From: Deltaproteobacteria bacterium
GTDB lineage: Bacteria > Myxococcota > JACRCW01
Direction: 5' to 3'
DNA: 52,277 bases
NCBI GenBank assembly: GCA_016218805.1
Contig: JACRCW010000051.1
Coordinates: 1 to 52,277, forward strand
In this document: in pieces, positions 8,564 to 18,012 of the stretch
Layout: each line of letters starts with the position of its first letter
How positions within the stretch are numbered: the stretch's first letter is position 1
Translations under genes and position numbers: made by a program
Notes under the pieces: generated by a model
Told to the model about the DNA's origin: nothing
What the model saw: the letters and a program-made list of their open reading frames with translations, nothing else
Database searches by the model: none

Positions 8564-9799
8564 ATGAACACGGCCGCCATGGGTGTTGAGGACCAGTTCT
8601 ACGCAAACCTCCCCGCGTTTGACCGCTTTGAGGACATTGCGGAAGCGGCGGTGTACCAGCGCGTGCCGGACAGCTGGCACGTCCTCATCACCGACGTGAA
8701 AGGCAGCACGCGCGCCATTGAAGCCGGCCGGTACAAGGACGTGAACGCACTGGGCGTCTCCACCATTACCGCTGTGGTCAACCAACTGAACGACGTGCCG
8801 TTCCCGTACGTGTTTGGCGGCGACGGCGCCACGCTGCTCATCCCGCCCAGCCGGCGGGACCAGGCGGTGCTGGCGGCGCGCAACGCCATCCGGCTCGCCA
8901 CGGAAGCGTTCGACCTGGAGTTGCGCGCCGGCATTGTCCCCGTCAAGGACCTGGCGGCCGCCGGCGTGGAAGTGCGCGTGGCCAAGTTCCGCGTCTCCCC
9001 CAACGTCTGCCTGGGGATGTTTGAAGGCGGCGGACTGGCCCAGGCGGAGAAGCTGGTGAAGGACCCGCAGCGCGGCGCCGCGTACGCGCTGACGCCGGTG
9101 GAGGTCCCGGATGAGTCGCTGTTCCAGGGCTTTGAGTGCCGGTGGAAGCCCATCCCCGCGCGCAAGGACCGCGTCTTGTGTCTGCTCGTCGTGGCGCGGG
9201 CGCACGACGCCGCCGCGCAACGGTTGGTGTACCGGCGCGTCCTGGATGGCATCGCCGCTGCGGCGCACATGGGCATGGACGGACTGCGCCCCGTCGACGG
9301 GCAGTCACTGCAGCTGGGCGTGGGCGCCGCCGGGCTGCGCGTGGAGGCGTCGGTGCGCAGCGGGCACGCGTCGGGGCCGCGGTTCCTCGCGTTCCGCCTG
9401 CGCGCGCAGCTGCTGGTGCTGCTCGCGCGCACGTTGATGCGGTTTGGCATCCGGCTCGGTGGGTTTGACGGTTCCTTCTACAAGCGTGACGTCGCGGCCA
9501 ACACAGATTTCCGGAAATTTGATGACACGCTGCGCATGGTGCTGGATGTCTCGGAGGCGGAATTGCGGGCCATCCTGGTGTACCTGGAGGGCGAACGCCT
9601 GGCCGGCGAGGTGGCGTACGGTACGCACGCGTCCGATGCCGCGCTGATGACGTGCTTTGTCCAGGATTACGCGGGAAACCACATTCACTTTGTGGACGGC
9701 AGCAACGGCGGCTACGCGCTGGCGGCCAAGCAGCTCAAGGAACAGCTGCGCGCCCCCGCGGGTGCGGTCACCACCGGCGGGCCGGGCGTGGTGCAGTGA
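8564..9799 (+). CDS. DUF3095 family protein (nucleotidyl-cyclase-like)
   Basis: FYANLPAF..YQRVPDSW, ITDVKGST, YKDVN, FGGDGAT, GFECRW, NTDFRKFDD, HFVDG..GGYALAAKQLK. Confidence 0.85.
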   Translation: MNTAAMGVEDQFYANLPAFDRFEDIAEAAVYQRVPDSWHVLITDVKGSTRAIEAGRYKDVNALGVSTITAVVNQLNDVPFPYVFGGDGATLLIPPSRRDQAVLAARNAIRLATEAFDLELRAGIVPVKDLAAAGVEVRVAKFRVSPNVCLGMFEGGGLAQAEKLVKDPQRGAAYALTPVEVPDESLFQGFECRWKPIPARKDRVLCLLVVARAHDAAAQRLVYRRVLDGIAAAAHMGMDGLRPVDGQSLQLGVGAAGLRVEASVRSGHASGPRFLAFRLRAQLLVLLARTLMRFGIRLGGFDGSFYKRDVAANTDFRKFDDTLRMVLDVSEAELRAILVYLEGERLAGEVAYGTHASDAALMTCFVQDYAGNHIHFVDGSNGGYALAAKQLKEQLRAPAGAVTTGGPGVVQ

Positions 9800-9822
9800 C
9801 GGCAACGCACCCGGCCATTGTA

Positions 9823-10503
9823 CTATCTACGCGTCAGCGCCTGCACCAGCCGCGTTGACAGTGAAGGCCGGTCAGCCCGCCGCCACTGCTTGAGCAGCAT
9901 GCCGCTGAACACGTCCACCGCCGGCGCCAGGCACAAGCCCACCAGCACGTCCGCCACGTAGTGCTGCTTCACCAGCGCCACGCTGACCGCCACAAACAGC
10001 GCCAGCCCCACCATGATGCGGCCCGTGAGCGGATGGTGGCGCAGGGCCACCACCGCCGCCAGCATGGACATGGAGGCGTGCGCGGACGGGAACAGGTTGG
10101 TGGGTGGAGCCAACCAGAACCAGAACGCCCCCACGTCGTTGAGGAAGTCCCCCCGCGGGACCAGCAGCGGGCGGTCCTCCATGCGCACCGGGATGAGCGC
10201 GAAGCACAGCAACTGCAGCACACTCATGAGGCCGAATGCCACGATGGCGCGGTCGGTCTCGTCGGGGTGGCGCAGCATCAGCGCCACCGCGGCCACCATC
10301 AGGTACGCCAGCCCGTAGGTCAACAGCAGTGCTGGCACAAACGGCACGGCCTCATCCAGCGGAAGACGGACGTCGTAGATTCGCGGTGAAACCACGACGA
10401 TGCGGTTCAAACTGAGGTACCCGGTGGCGTACACCGCCACCAGGACCACCAGCGCCACCATCTTGCGTCGTGACGCTTCAGTCAGGGCTGCTGCATCGGG
10501 CAT
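9823..10503 (-). CDS. PAP2-superfamily membrane phosphatase/phosphoesterase
   Basis: NLFPSAH and KQHYVADV catalytic motifs; multiple TM helices. Confidence 0.85.
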   Translation of the reverse strand: MPDAAALTEASRRKMVALVVLVAVYATGYLSLNRIVVVSPRIYDVRLPLDEAVPFVPALLLTYGLAYLMVAAVALMLRHPDETDRAIVAFGLMSVLQLLCFALIPVRMEDRPLLVPRGDFLNDVGAFWFWLAPPTNLFPSAHASMSMLAAVVALRHHPLTGRIMVGLALFVAVSVALVKQHYVADVLVGLCLAPAVDVFSGMLLKQWRRADRPSLSTRLVQALTRR

Positions 10504-10570
10504 GGATCACCCACTCACGACGAGAGTCGCCACCCGCAAGCCGCGCGGCAACCCCCGGGCACCGCCGGCG

Positions 10571-10586
10571 TGGCACGCTGAATGCT
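10571..10586 (+). promoter_or_regulatory. Putative sigma54 (-24/-12) promoter of the HPF-CSD gene
   Basis: TGGCACG-CTGA-ATGCT, with GG (10572-73) and GC (10584-85) at canonical spacing. Predicted +1 is about 10597, 2 nt before ATG 10599. Confidence 0.6.
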
Positions 10587-10598
10587 GTGGATTCCGCC

Positions 10599-11153
10599 AT
10601 GGTCGACTCCCTCCAAATCACGTTCAAGGAAATGGCCCCATCGGCCGCGCTGGAAGCCCGGATACGCGAACACGCCGCCAAGCTGGGACGGTTCCACCCG
10701 GACCCCATGACGCTGCGGGTGGTGGTCTCCTGTCCGCACCAGCATCACCTGGCAGGCAAGCGCTTCCACGTGGCGCTGATGGCCCGCGTCCGCGGCCACG
10801 AATTGGTAGCCAACCGCACGCCGGACGAACACCACGCCTACGTGGACCCGTACATTGCGGTCCATGATGCGTTTCACGCGCTGCGGCGCGTGCTCATGGA
10901 GCATGCGCGGGTGCGCCGCGGGGACACCAAGCTCCACGAGCCCACGCCGCACGGCGTGGTCGTGTCGCTGTTCCCGGAGGACGGTTACGGCGTGCTTGCC
11001 ACGCCCGACGAGCGGGACATCTACTTTCACCGCAACTCCGTGGTGAACGGCAGCTTTGACGAGGTCCACGTTGGCACCCAGGTGCGGTACGCCGAGGAGA
11101 CGGGAGAGCAGGGCCCGCAGGCCAGCTCGGTCTTCGTCCTGAAGAACGCGTGA
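10599..11153 (+). CDS. HPF/RaiA-family ribosome-associated protein fused to a cold-shock domain
   Basis: LQITFKEM.PS.ALEARIRE..AKL (HPF); C-terminal GYGVL.TPD.RDIYFHRNSV..F..VGTQV.Y.EE.GEQGPQAS (CSD). Confidence 0.9.
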   Translation: MVDSLQITFKEMAPSAALEARIREHAAKLGRFHPDPMTLRVVVSCPHQHHLAGKRFHVALMARVRGHELVANRTPDEHHAYVDPYIAVHDAFHALRRVLMEHARVRRGDTKLHEPTPHGVVVSLFPEDGYGVLATPDERDIYFHRNSVVNGSFDEVHVGTQVRYAEETGEQGPQASSVFVLKNA

Positions 11154-11157
11154 CCGC

Positions 11158-11691
11158 TCAGCTGCCGCGCACCAGGCCGCGCGTGTGAAGCAGGTCCATG
11201 ATCAACGCCGCCGCCTGCTCGGGCGACGACGCTGACGAGTCAATCCGCAGCTCCGGTGATTCCGGAGGTTCATAGGGGTCCTGCAGGCCGGGCACGGTGG
11301 TGGACGCGCGGTCCAGGCCCTTTCTGTACGTCCCCTTGGTGTCGCGCGCCTGGCAGACGGCAAGCGGGCAGTTCACCCATACTTCCACAAACACGGGGAT
11401 GAGACTGCGCGCCAGGTCCCGGTAGGCGCGCCGGTTGGCGGTGGCGTCAAAGATGACATTGACGCCGTGGCTGACCAGCCGCGCGCCGCACCAGGCCAGC
11501 GCGCGGTAGAACAGGTCCCGCTCCGCAAGCGCGTAGGTCGGTGCGGGCGTGAGCAGGCGGCGGACCTCGTCAGACTCCAGCACTTCCACGGGCAGTTGGC
11601 CGCGGCCCAGGCGGGCCACCAGCGCGCTCGTCACGGAACTCTTTCCGGACGCCGGCAGTCCCGTGAGCCAAAGTGCAAACGCCATGATCAC
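11158..11691 (-). CDS. Adenylyl-sulfate kinase-like P-loop kinase
   Basis: WLTGLPASGKS, CPLAVCQARDTKGTY, VPGLQDPYEPPESPEL; LESD replaces the LDGD of canonical CysC. Confidence 0.8.
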   Translation of the reverse strand: MIMAFALWLTGLPASGKSSVTSALVARLGRGQLPVEVLESDEVRRLLTPAPTYALAERDLFYRALAWCGARLVSHGVNVIFDATANRRAYRDLARSLIPVFVEVWVNCPLAVCQARDTKGTYRKGLDRASTTVPGLQDPYEPPESPELRIDSSASSPEQAAALIMDLLHTRGLVRGS

Positions 11692-12776
11692 TCCGCCAGG
11701 TAACGGTTGACGTCACCCGGATCGAATGACGGTGAATCCAGCACGTTCTGCATGAACCGGAAGATCATCCGGCGCACGTCCAGGTCCAGCGCGGGGTACC
11801 AGAGCGGGCTGGCAATCACGAGGCCGCGGAACGCAAAGAAGGGCGCCACCACGCGGCGGAGGTGGCGGTCACGCGCTCCCTCTTCGTACGTTGACCAGAA
11901 GCCGCGGAACAGCTTCTCAAACGGTCCCTGCAGCCGGCCATAGCGGCGCAGCGAGAAAAACAGGTAATTGATGACCATCGCCGTGACGTCGTCCGCGGCT
12001 TCGCCCCATTCGCCGCGGGAGCGGTCCAGCACGGAGAAGTCCACGCCGCGGCGGAACAGCACGTTCCACGGGTGGAAGTCCCCGTGCACGGCGCACAGCC
12101 GCCCGCCCAGGTGGTGCAGGCGCCAGCGCCACGCGTTGGCGCCGTCCTCAATGGAGCGGAGCAGTTTCTCGTCAATGAAGCCAAACCGCCGCGGATAGCT
12201 GTCCGTCAGGCCCATGATGCATTCGCCGTGGCCAATGAGCTCACGGATGCGCCGGCGGTACAGTCCGGGTGAACGCTTCTTCCGACGGTGGATCTCCACC
12301 AGGTAGCGCGCCAGCGCGTGCGCGCGCTGCGCATCACCTGCCGCAAGCCGGCCGTCCCGCGCCATGCGCTCCAGGTCCAGGTGGTAGCTCTTACCCGCGG
12401 TGTGCTGGGTGATGACAAAGAACTCCTCCGCGTCGCGGACGGAGAACAGCCGGCCGTTGCCGGACACCGCGCCCACGTCCAGCGCCGGAACGTGCCGCGG
12501 AAGGCGTCCATAACTGTCATAATCCCAGAGAATGGCCTGTGCGCGGTCCGCGCGGTGCTCATGTCCAAACGGGCCCGGTTGCATGGTCTCCAGCACCACG
12601 GTCCGCTCGCGTCCGTCCTGGCTGAAGGTGATGGCAATGGGCGTGCCGTAGCCATAGCGCTTGATGGACGCGCGGCTGGCCCTCTCCCCAATGGCCCCCA
12701 CGGAGCGGAGCACCACGTCAGGCCCAAACGCTGTCTGCAGGTACGACTCCACCTCCGCGCGTCGGATGCTGAGCAT
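11688..12776 (-). CDS. Aminoglycoside phosphotransferase (APH)-like kinase
   Basis: HGDFHPWNVLF catalytic loop and VLDRSRGEWGE; start set at ATG 12776; GTGA overlap with the downstream kinase. Confidence 0.85.
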   Translation of the reverse strand: MLSIRRAEVESYLQTAFGPDVVLRSVGAIGERASRASIKRYGYGTPIAITFSQDGRERTVVLETMQPGPFGHEHRADRAQAILWDYDSYGRLPRHVPALDVGAVSGNGRLFSVRDAEEFFVITQHTAGKSYHLDLERMARDGRLAAGDAQRAHALARYLVEIHRRKKRSPGLYRRRIRELIGHGECIMGLTDSYPRRFGFIDEKLLRSIEDGANAWRWRLHHLGGRLCAVHGDFHPWNVLFRRGVDFSVLDRSRGEWGEAADDVTAMVINYLFFSLRRYGRLQGPFEKLFRGFWSTYEEGARDRHLRRVVAPFFAFRGLVIASPLWYPALDLDVRRMIFRFMQNVLDSPSFDPGDVNRYLAE

Positions 12777-13065
12777 GAGGGCAATCCCCTGGAACGCAGG
12801 GTAGGGCAGGCGCGGCAGTGCGGCAGCCCCGCGCCGGATCGGTGAATGCATGGGGTGAACACGGACGCTTCATGCCTATTCGCGGCTGGCGGCGGTCACG
12901 GCACGTTGCACAGCGCACTCCGCCTCCCGCCCACGCACCGCCCGGTGACCCTTCAAGCGCCCGTGCGTATCCGTGACAACAATGGAGCCGCCTCGGGGAC
13001 GCCATGCGCAACGGAAACGTCGTCGTGATGACCGTGCTCCTGCTCAAGGCGGGAACGCGCACGCC

Positions 13066-14001
13066 TCAACGGAGAATGCCGCTCACCACAAGCTCAATGG
13101 CCTGCTCCGGCGAAAGGCCGCGCGCCATCAACGTCTCCAGTTCCTTGCGATCCACGCTCCCAATCGCCGCTTCGTGCGTCACCTTGGCTTCCGGGTGGAG
13201 CACGCGCACCACCGGTGTTGCACCGGCGCGCGCGCGCCCCAACACGATCTCCCGGCAGTCCACGTGCCCGCGCGCGAGCCGACCCGCGGCCTCCGTGATA
13301 CCCACGACCTCGGCGTGCGCGTCATCCTGCACCACCACGCGTGACCGGATGAGCCCGCGTGACCGGACACCCACCAGGCGCACGGCCTCCTTCAGCGTGA
13401 CCTCATCCGCCTGCCGGGCCACCACGCGCGCTGACAGTTCGGCCAGGCCGTCATCCCCCACCGCCACGTCGTAGTCGATCTCCAACTTTCCCGCGGCGCC
13501 GGCCAGCAGTGCAAAGTTGGAGAAGAACCGGGCACCCGTCCCCACGCGGACGGACGCGTGCGGCGCGACGATCATCGCGCCGTGCATGCCGTGGTGATGG
13601 TGCTCGTTGTAGGTGAGCACCGCGTCTGTTCCCAGCACCAGCGTGGCATGCATGAGATGACGGGCGTCCCGCGCGCCGGGAAAGGCGCAGCATGACGTGA
13701 CGCGGGCGCGGGCACCCTGGCCAAGTTGGAAGTCCACCCGAACCTCCTGCACATCCCGCGGTCCTTCCAGGCCGAAGCACAGGTGAATGGGCCGCGCCAC
13801 CTCCACGCCCGGCGCCACCGTCACGCTTCCCTCCAGCAGTTGCCCGTTGCGGCGCAGCGCCACCTCCACGCCGGGAACGCCATGCACGCTCACCACGTTG
13901 TGGCCCAGCACCACGGCGTGCGCGACGTCCGCATCGTTGAGGACGGCGGGGTCCACACCCACCAGCGGCAGCGCATTCCGCGCCACATCAAGCAACGCCA
14001 T
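13066..14001 (-). CDS. SufB/SufD-family protein, short SmsB type
   Basis: PIHLCFG, YNEHHHHG, RGLIRSR, ARGHVDCREI, VTHEAAIGSVDRKELETLMARGL; about 311 aa; start ATG 14001. Confidence 0.88.
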   Translation of the reverse strand: MALLDVARNALPLVGVDPAVLNDADVAHAVVLGHNVVSVHGVPGVEVALRRNGQLLEGSVTVAPGVEVARPIHLCFGLEGPRDVQEVRVDFQLGQGARARVTSCCAFPGARDARHLMHATLVLGTDAVLTYNEHHHHGMHGAMIVAPHASVRVGTGARFFSNFALLAGAAGKLEIDYDVAVGDDGLAELSARVVARQADEVTLKEAVRLVGVRSRGLIRSRVVVQDDAHAEVVGITEAAGRLARGHVDCREIVLGRARAGATPVVRVLHPEAKVTHEAAIGSVDRKELETLMARGLSPEQAIELVVSGILR

Positions 14002-14692
14002 GCTCACCTCCGCGCGCCAGAAAGTGCGCCACCGTGTCCTGCGGCGGGCCGGTGTGGCGGATGCGCCCGTCGTCCAGCACGGATGCCCGGTCCGCAGCGA
14101 GTGCGACCTCCTCCTGGTGCGTGATGAGCAGCACCGCGCCACCGCCGTCGCGCAGCGCGCGGATGATCGCGAGGATCTGCGCCATGGAGAGCAGGTCAAT
14201 GCCGGCAGTCGGCTCATCGAGAATGGCCAGGTCCGGCTTCATGGCGAGGACGGACGCGAGCTCAATGCGCTGCCGCTCGCCCCCGCTGAGCGTGCGGTCC
14301 ACCGACCGGTCCAGACAGCGCCCCGGGTCCAGCCCCACCTGCGCCAGCGCCCACGCGGGGTCCACGCCGCTGCGCCTGAGGCCCAGGTACTCGCGCACCG
14401 TGATGCCCTCGAATTGCGCCGGTTGTTGCCAGGCCAGCGTCATTCCCAGGCGCGCGCGTTCGTGGATGGCCAGCGGCGCCAGGTCCGTTCCCTTGAAGCG
14501 CGTCACGCCCGCGGTGGCCGCGTATCCATCACAACCCATCAGGATGAACGCCAGCGTGGACTTCCCAGAGCCATTCGCCCCAATCAGCGCGTGGATCTCT
14601 CCCTCGCGCACGTCCAGGTCCAGCCCGCGGAGCACGTGTCGCCCGTTGATGACGCAGGCAAGGTCGCGCACATGGAGGAACGCTTCAGCCAT
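13988..14692 (-). CDS. SufC-like ABC ATPase, SmsC type
   Basis: GANGSGKSTLAFILMG, HERARLGMTLAWQ, LSGGERQRIELASVL, ILDEP, ITH; overlaps the SufB-like gene. Confidence 0.88.
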   Translation of the reverse strand: MAEAFLHVRDLACVINGRHVLRGLDLDVREGEIHALIGANGSGKSTLAFILMGCDGYAATAGVTRFKGTDLAPLAIHERARLGMTLAWQQPAQFEGITVREYLGLRRSGVDPAWALAQVGLDPGRCLDRSVDRTLSGGERQRIELASVLAMKPDLAILDEPTAGIDLLSMAQILAIIRALRDGGGAVLLITHQEEVALAADRASVLDDGRIRHTGPPQDTVAHFLARGGEHGVA

Positions 14693-14711
14693 GACTGCCC
14701 CGTCGTGGCGT

Positions 14712-14727
14712 TGCATCCCACGTGCCT
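14712..14727 (-). promoter_or_regulatory. Putative sigma54 promoter of smsC-smsB
   Basis: Minus strand reads AGGCACG-TGGG-ATGCA with canonical GG-N10-GC spacing, about 20 nt upstream of ATG 14692. Confidence 0.5.
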
Positions 14728-14822
14728 CGCCAGATCGGATCGTTGCGTCGCGTCGTCGGCGGGGTCATGCACGGGCGCGGGCGCGGGCTGGTGGGAACGC
14801 GCTGCGTGGCTATTGTCCCGGC

Positions 14823-15449
14823 ATGAGAATGAGATCGCTGATTGAGAGCATCAGGTCCGGCGTGCCGGTGTCGGAAGCCGAGGCAACCCGGATGCTGACC
14901 GCGACGCTCCAGGTCCTGGGCGAGATCCTCCCCCAGCTCCACGGCGAGGCGGTAGCGAAGCGCTGGGGAGCCGACCTGGGGATCACGCTGCCCGCGCCGG
15001 GCGACGACACCACGACGTGGGTGTCGGACGGTTTCCTGGACGCGGTGGCGGCCCGTGCGGGCGTGCCGGGTGGACACGGGCGCGAACAGGCCCGCGTGTG
15101 CTGTCAGGCGCTGGCGCGGTGGAGTGACGGCGGGACGCTGTCCCGGCTGCGTTTGGGTCTGCCGGAGCCGTTGCACGTCCTGTTTGAGCCGGAGGAGCGC
15201 GGGGCGCCGCTGCACGCGGAGGCACACCGCATTTCGCGTTCTTACGCGCGCGCCACCCTGGCGGAGGGCCGGCCCGGCAGCATGCACGCGGTCGGGGATT
15301 CGGCGGGAATCATGCACCGGCACTCGGTGGCGGCGGCCGGGGAACCCTCCAAGCTGTCATCGGCCGGTGCGCTCCCGGCGGAGGAGGAGCGCCGCACGCT
15401 TGCGGTGGGCAGGCCCTCCGCGGGACGCCCCGTCAGTGAGACGGGCTGA
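14823..15449 (+). CDS. DUF2267-family protein
   Basis: EAEA.R...ATLQVLGE.L, FLDAVAARAG...G.EQARVCCQAL; C-terminal TLAEGRPGS..KLSSA..TLAVGRP tail. Confidence 0.7.
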   Translation: MRMRSLIESIRSGVPVSEAEATRMLTATLQVLGEILPQLHGEAVAKRWGADLGITLPAPGDDTTTWVSDGFLDAVAARAGVPGGHGREQARVCCQALARWSDGGTLSRLRLGLPEPLHVLFEPEERGAPLHAEAHRISRSYARATLAEGRPGSMHAVGDSAGIMHRHSVAAAGEPSKLSSAGALPAEEERRTLAVGRPSAGRPVSETG

Positions 15450-15596
15450 CCGGTATTTCAACTCATTTCTCGGCGACCTGCGGGACTCCGTTCCGTTGCG
15501 CGCTGCCGGCGGCGGCGGGCGTGGCTCCGCGTTACATCCCGGTGTCCCAGCCTTGTACCTGCGGGACACGGACATTCCCGCCAAGGAGGCAACACC

Positions 15597-16460
15597 ATGA
15601 ACACGCAATTCGTCAGTTCAAACGACGGGACAAAGATCGCCTATGAAACCCGTGGAAATGGTCCGCCGCTGGTCTTTGTCTGGGGCGCGCTCGGCTCGCG
15701 GGGTCTGCCGTTCGCGGCGCGGATGCGCGAGGAGCTGGCGCGGAGTTTCACCGTCTACGACTACGACCGGCGCGGGCGCGGCGAGAGCGGCGACGTGGGT
15801 CTGTACGCCGTCGAGCGCGAGATCGACGACCTGCGCGCGGTGTGCGAGACGGCGGGCGGATTGCCATTTGTGTGCGGGACCTCGTCGGGTGCGGCGTTGG
15901 CGTTGGAGGCCGCCGCCGCGGGAGTGCCCATGCGCATGCTGGCCGCGCATGAACCGCCCTACGCCGTGGGTGCACACGCGGCCTCGTTTGACCGCGACTA
16001 CGAGCAGCATGTCACCAGGCTCGTACGGCTGGACCAGCGCTCGGAGGCGGTGAAGTACTTCATGCGCGCCGTGGGCGTGCCCACGCCGGTGATCTGGGTC
16101 ATGCGGCTCATGCCGCTCTGGCGGAGCATGGTCCATGCGGCGCACACCCTTCCGTACGACGCTGCGGTCATGCGGGGCTTCCACCTGCCAGAGCAGCGCT
16201 TCCGGGACATCCGGGTGCCCACGCTCGTTCTCGTCGGCGGCAGCACACCGGCGCGCCTGCGCGCTGCGGCGGATGAAGTCACCCGAGTCATCCCGGACGC
16301 CCGGGAGCGCGTCATCCCACGGCAGAACCACGGCATCAAACCCGCCGCCCTCAGGCCAGTTCTCGATGAGGAATTCGCCGCCGCGACCCGCACGGCACCG
16401 CGCAGCGACTCGCGGTCACAACCGTGGGTGGAACCGCGGACCTCGGGGCCGCACGCCTGA
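15597..16460 (+). CDS. Alpha/beta hydrolase
   Basis: AAGGAGG RBS; YDRRGRGES, nucleophile motif GTSSG, catalytic His region QNHG. Confidence 0.9.
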   Translation: MNTQFVSSNDGTKIAYETRGNGPPLVFVWGALGSRGLPFAARMREELARSFTVYDYDRRGRGESGDVGLYAVEREIDDLRAVCETAGGLPFVCGTSSGAALALEAAAAGVPMRMLAAHEPPYAVGAHAASFDRDYEQHVTRLVRLDQRSEAVKYFMRAVGVPTPVIWVMRLMPLWRSMVHAAHTLPYDAAVMRGFHLPEQRFRDIRVPTLVLVGGSTPARLRAAADEVTRVIPDARERVIPRQNHGIKPAALRPVLDEEFAAATRTAPRSDSRSQPWVEPRTSGPHA

Positions 16461-16485
16461 ACGCCGCGGCGTTCACACATTGGCC

Positions 16486-17856
16486 TCAGTGCGGCAACCC
16501 GACGACGTAATAGACGCCGCACACGCCGGCCAGCACCAGCGAGCCCGCGTTGACGTCACGCGCCCGCCCGGCAAGCGTCTTCACAATGGGATGCAACACC
16601 AGTCCCGCTGTGAGTCCATTGGCAATGTTGTACGTGAACACCATCATCGCGATGGTGGCGAACGCGGGCACGGCCTCGGTGAGATCATCCAGGTCAATGC
16701 GCCGGATGGAGCCCAGCATCAGCAGGCCCACGGCCACCAACGCGGGTGCGTAGGCAAAGCGCATGCGGCTCAGCGGCTCCAACAGCGGCAGGAAGAACAG
16801 TGACAGCGCGAACAGGCCGGCCGTCGTCACGGCGGCGAGGCCGGTGCGCGCGCCCTCGCGGATGCCCGTCGCGGACTCGATGTACGCGCCGCTGGTGGTG
16901 GTCCCGAGCAGCGCGCTGCCCATGCAGGAGATCGCGTCCACCGTCATGGGACGCTCCACCTGCGGGAAGTTGCCGTGCTCGTCCAGCAGGTTGCCGGCGG
17001 CGCCCACGCCCACCAGCGTGCCCAGCGTGTCCAGGAAGCCCATGAGGAACAGCGTCAGCAACGCGGGCAGCATGGACCAGCGCAGCACACCCAGCACGTC
17101 CAGCTTCAGGGCCACGGGCTCCAGCGTCCACTCGCCGGTGAACGGCAGCGCAAAGACCGCCCGCGGCGCCTCCGCCAGGCCCAACAGGACGCCGCATACC
17201 GCGGTGGCGCCCATGCCCAGCAGGATGGCGCCGCGCACGCGGCGGTGCATCAGGATGGCAATGAGCAGGAACCCGCCCATGGCCAGCAGCACCGCAGGGT
17301 CGCGCAGGTTGCCAATCTTCAGCGGCACGTCCGGCGCGCGCAGCAAGCCGCCCTCACCGGTCAGCGCGGCCGCCGGCATCCCGGTGACAAAACTCGCCAC
17401 AATGCCCGTTTCGTACAGGCCAATCAGCGCCATGAACAGCCCTATCCCCGCCGCAAAGCTGTGCCGCAGCGACGGCGGCACCGCCGCGGCCAGCCACGTG
17501 CGCACGCCCGCCACGGTGATGACCAGGAACAGCACGCCGCTGAGGAACACCGCACCCAGCGCCTGCGGCCAGGCAATGCCCATGGCGCCCAGGCCAAACG
17601 CGATGAATGCGTTCTCACCCATGTACGGGGCCACCGCGATGGGCCGGTTGGCGTACAGCCCCATCAGCAGCGTGCCAAACACCGCCGCCAGCACCGTGGC
17701 CACCGTGGCCGGACCGCGCGGCAGCCCGGCGAACGACAGGATGGCCGGGTTGACGACGATGATGTAGGCCGTGGTGAAGAACGTGGTGACGCCCCCCAGC
17801 ACCTCCACGCGCACGGTGCTGCCGTGTGACGACAGATGAAACAGGCGCTCCAGCAT
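16486..17856 (-). CDS. NCS2-family (AzgA/PbuG-like) purine permease
   Basis: EVLGGVTTFFT.AYIIVVNP, APYMGENAF, DTLGTL, YIESATGI..GARTGL. Confidence 0.93.
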   Translation of the reverse strand: MLERLFHLSSHGSTVRVEVLGGVTTFFTTAYIIVVNPAILSFAGLPRGPATVATVLAAVFGTLLMGLYANRPIAVAPYMGENAFIAFGLGAMGIAWPQALGAVFLSGVLFLVITVAGVRTWLAAAVPPSLRHSFAAGIGLFMALIGLYETGIVASFVTGMPAAALTGEGGLLRAPDVPLKIGNLRDPAVLLAMGGFLLIAILMHRRVRGAILLGMGATAVCGVLLGLAEAPRAVFALPFTGEWTLEPVALKLDVLGVLRWSMLPALLTLFLMGFLDTLGTLVGVGAAGNLLDEHGNFPQVERPMTVDAISCMGSALLGTTTSGAYIESATGIREGARTGLAAVTTAGLFALSLFFLPLLEPLSRMRFAYAPALVAVGLLMLGSIRRIDLDDLTEAVPAFATIAMMVFTYNIANGLTAGLVLHPIVKTLAGRARDVNAGSLVLAGVCGVYYVVGLPH

Positions 17857-18012
17857 GACGGGCTCCGCGCGTAAGAATTACCAATCGCGCGCGCATCCTC
17901 CCGCGCACCGCCCCACATTGTCCACTCTGCAGACCGCCGCCGTGTTGATCCGTGGGCGGGCATCTGCCGCGGCCGCGGGCACTGGTTACGCTTCAGGTGT
18001 GGAGGAAAGAGC

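Noticed and set aside
11688..12776. Aminoglycoside resistance gene
   Set aside because: Only the generic APH/choline-kinase fold motif is seen; the context suggests metabolism.
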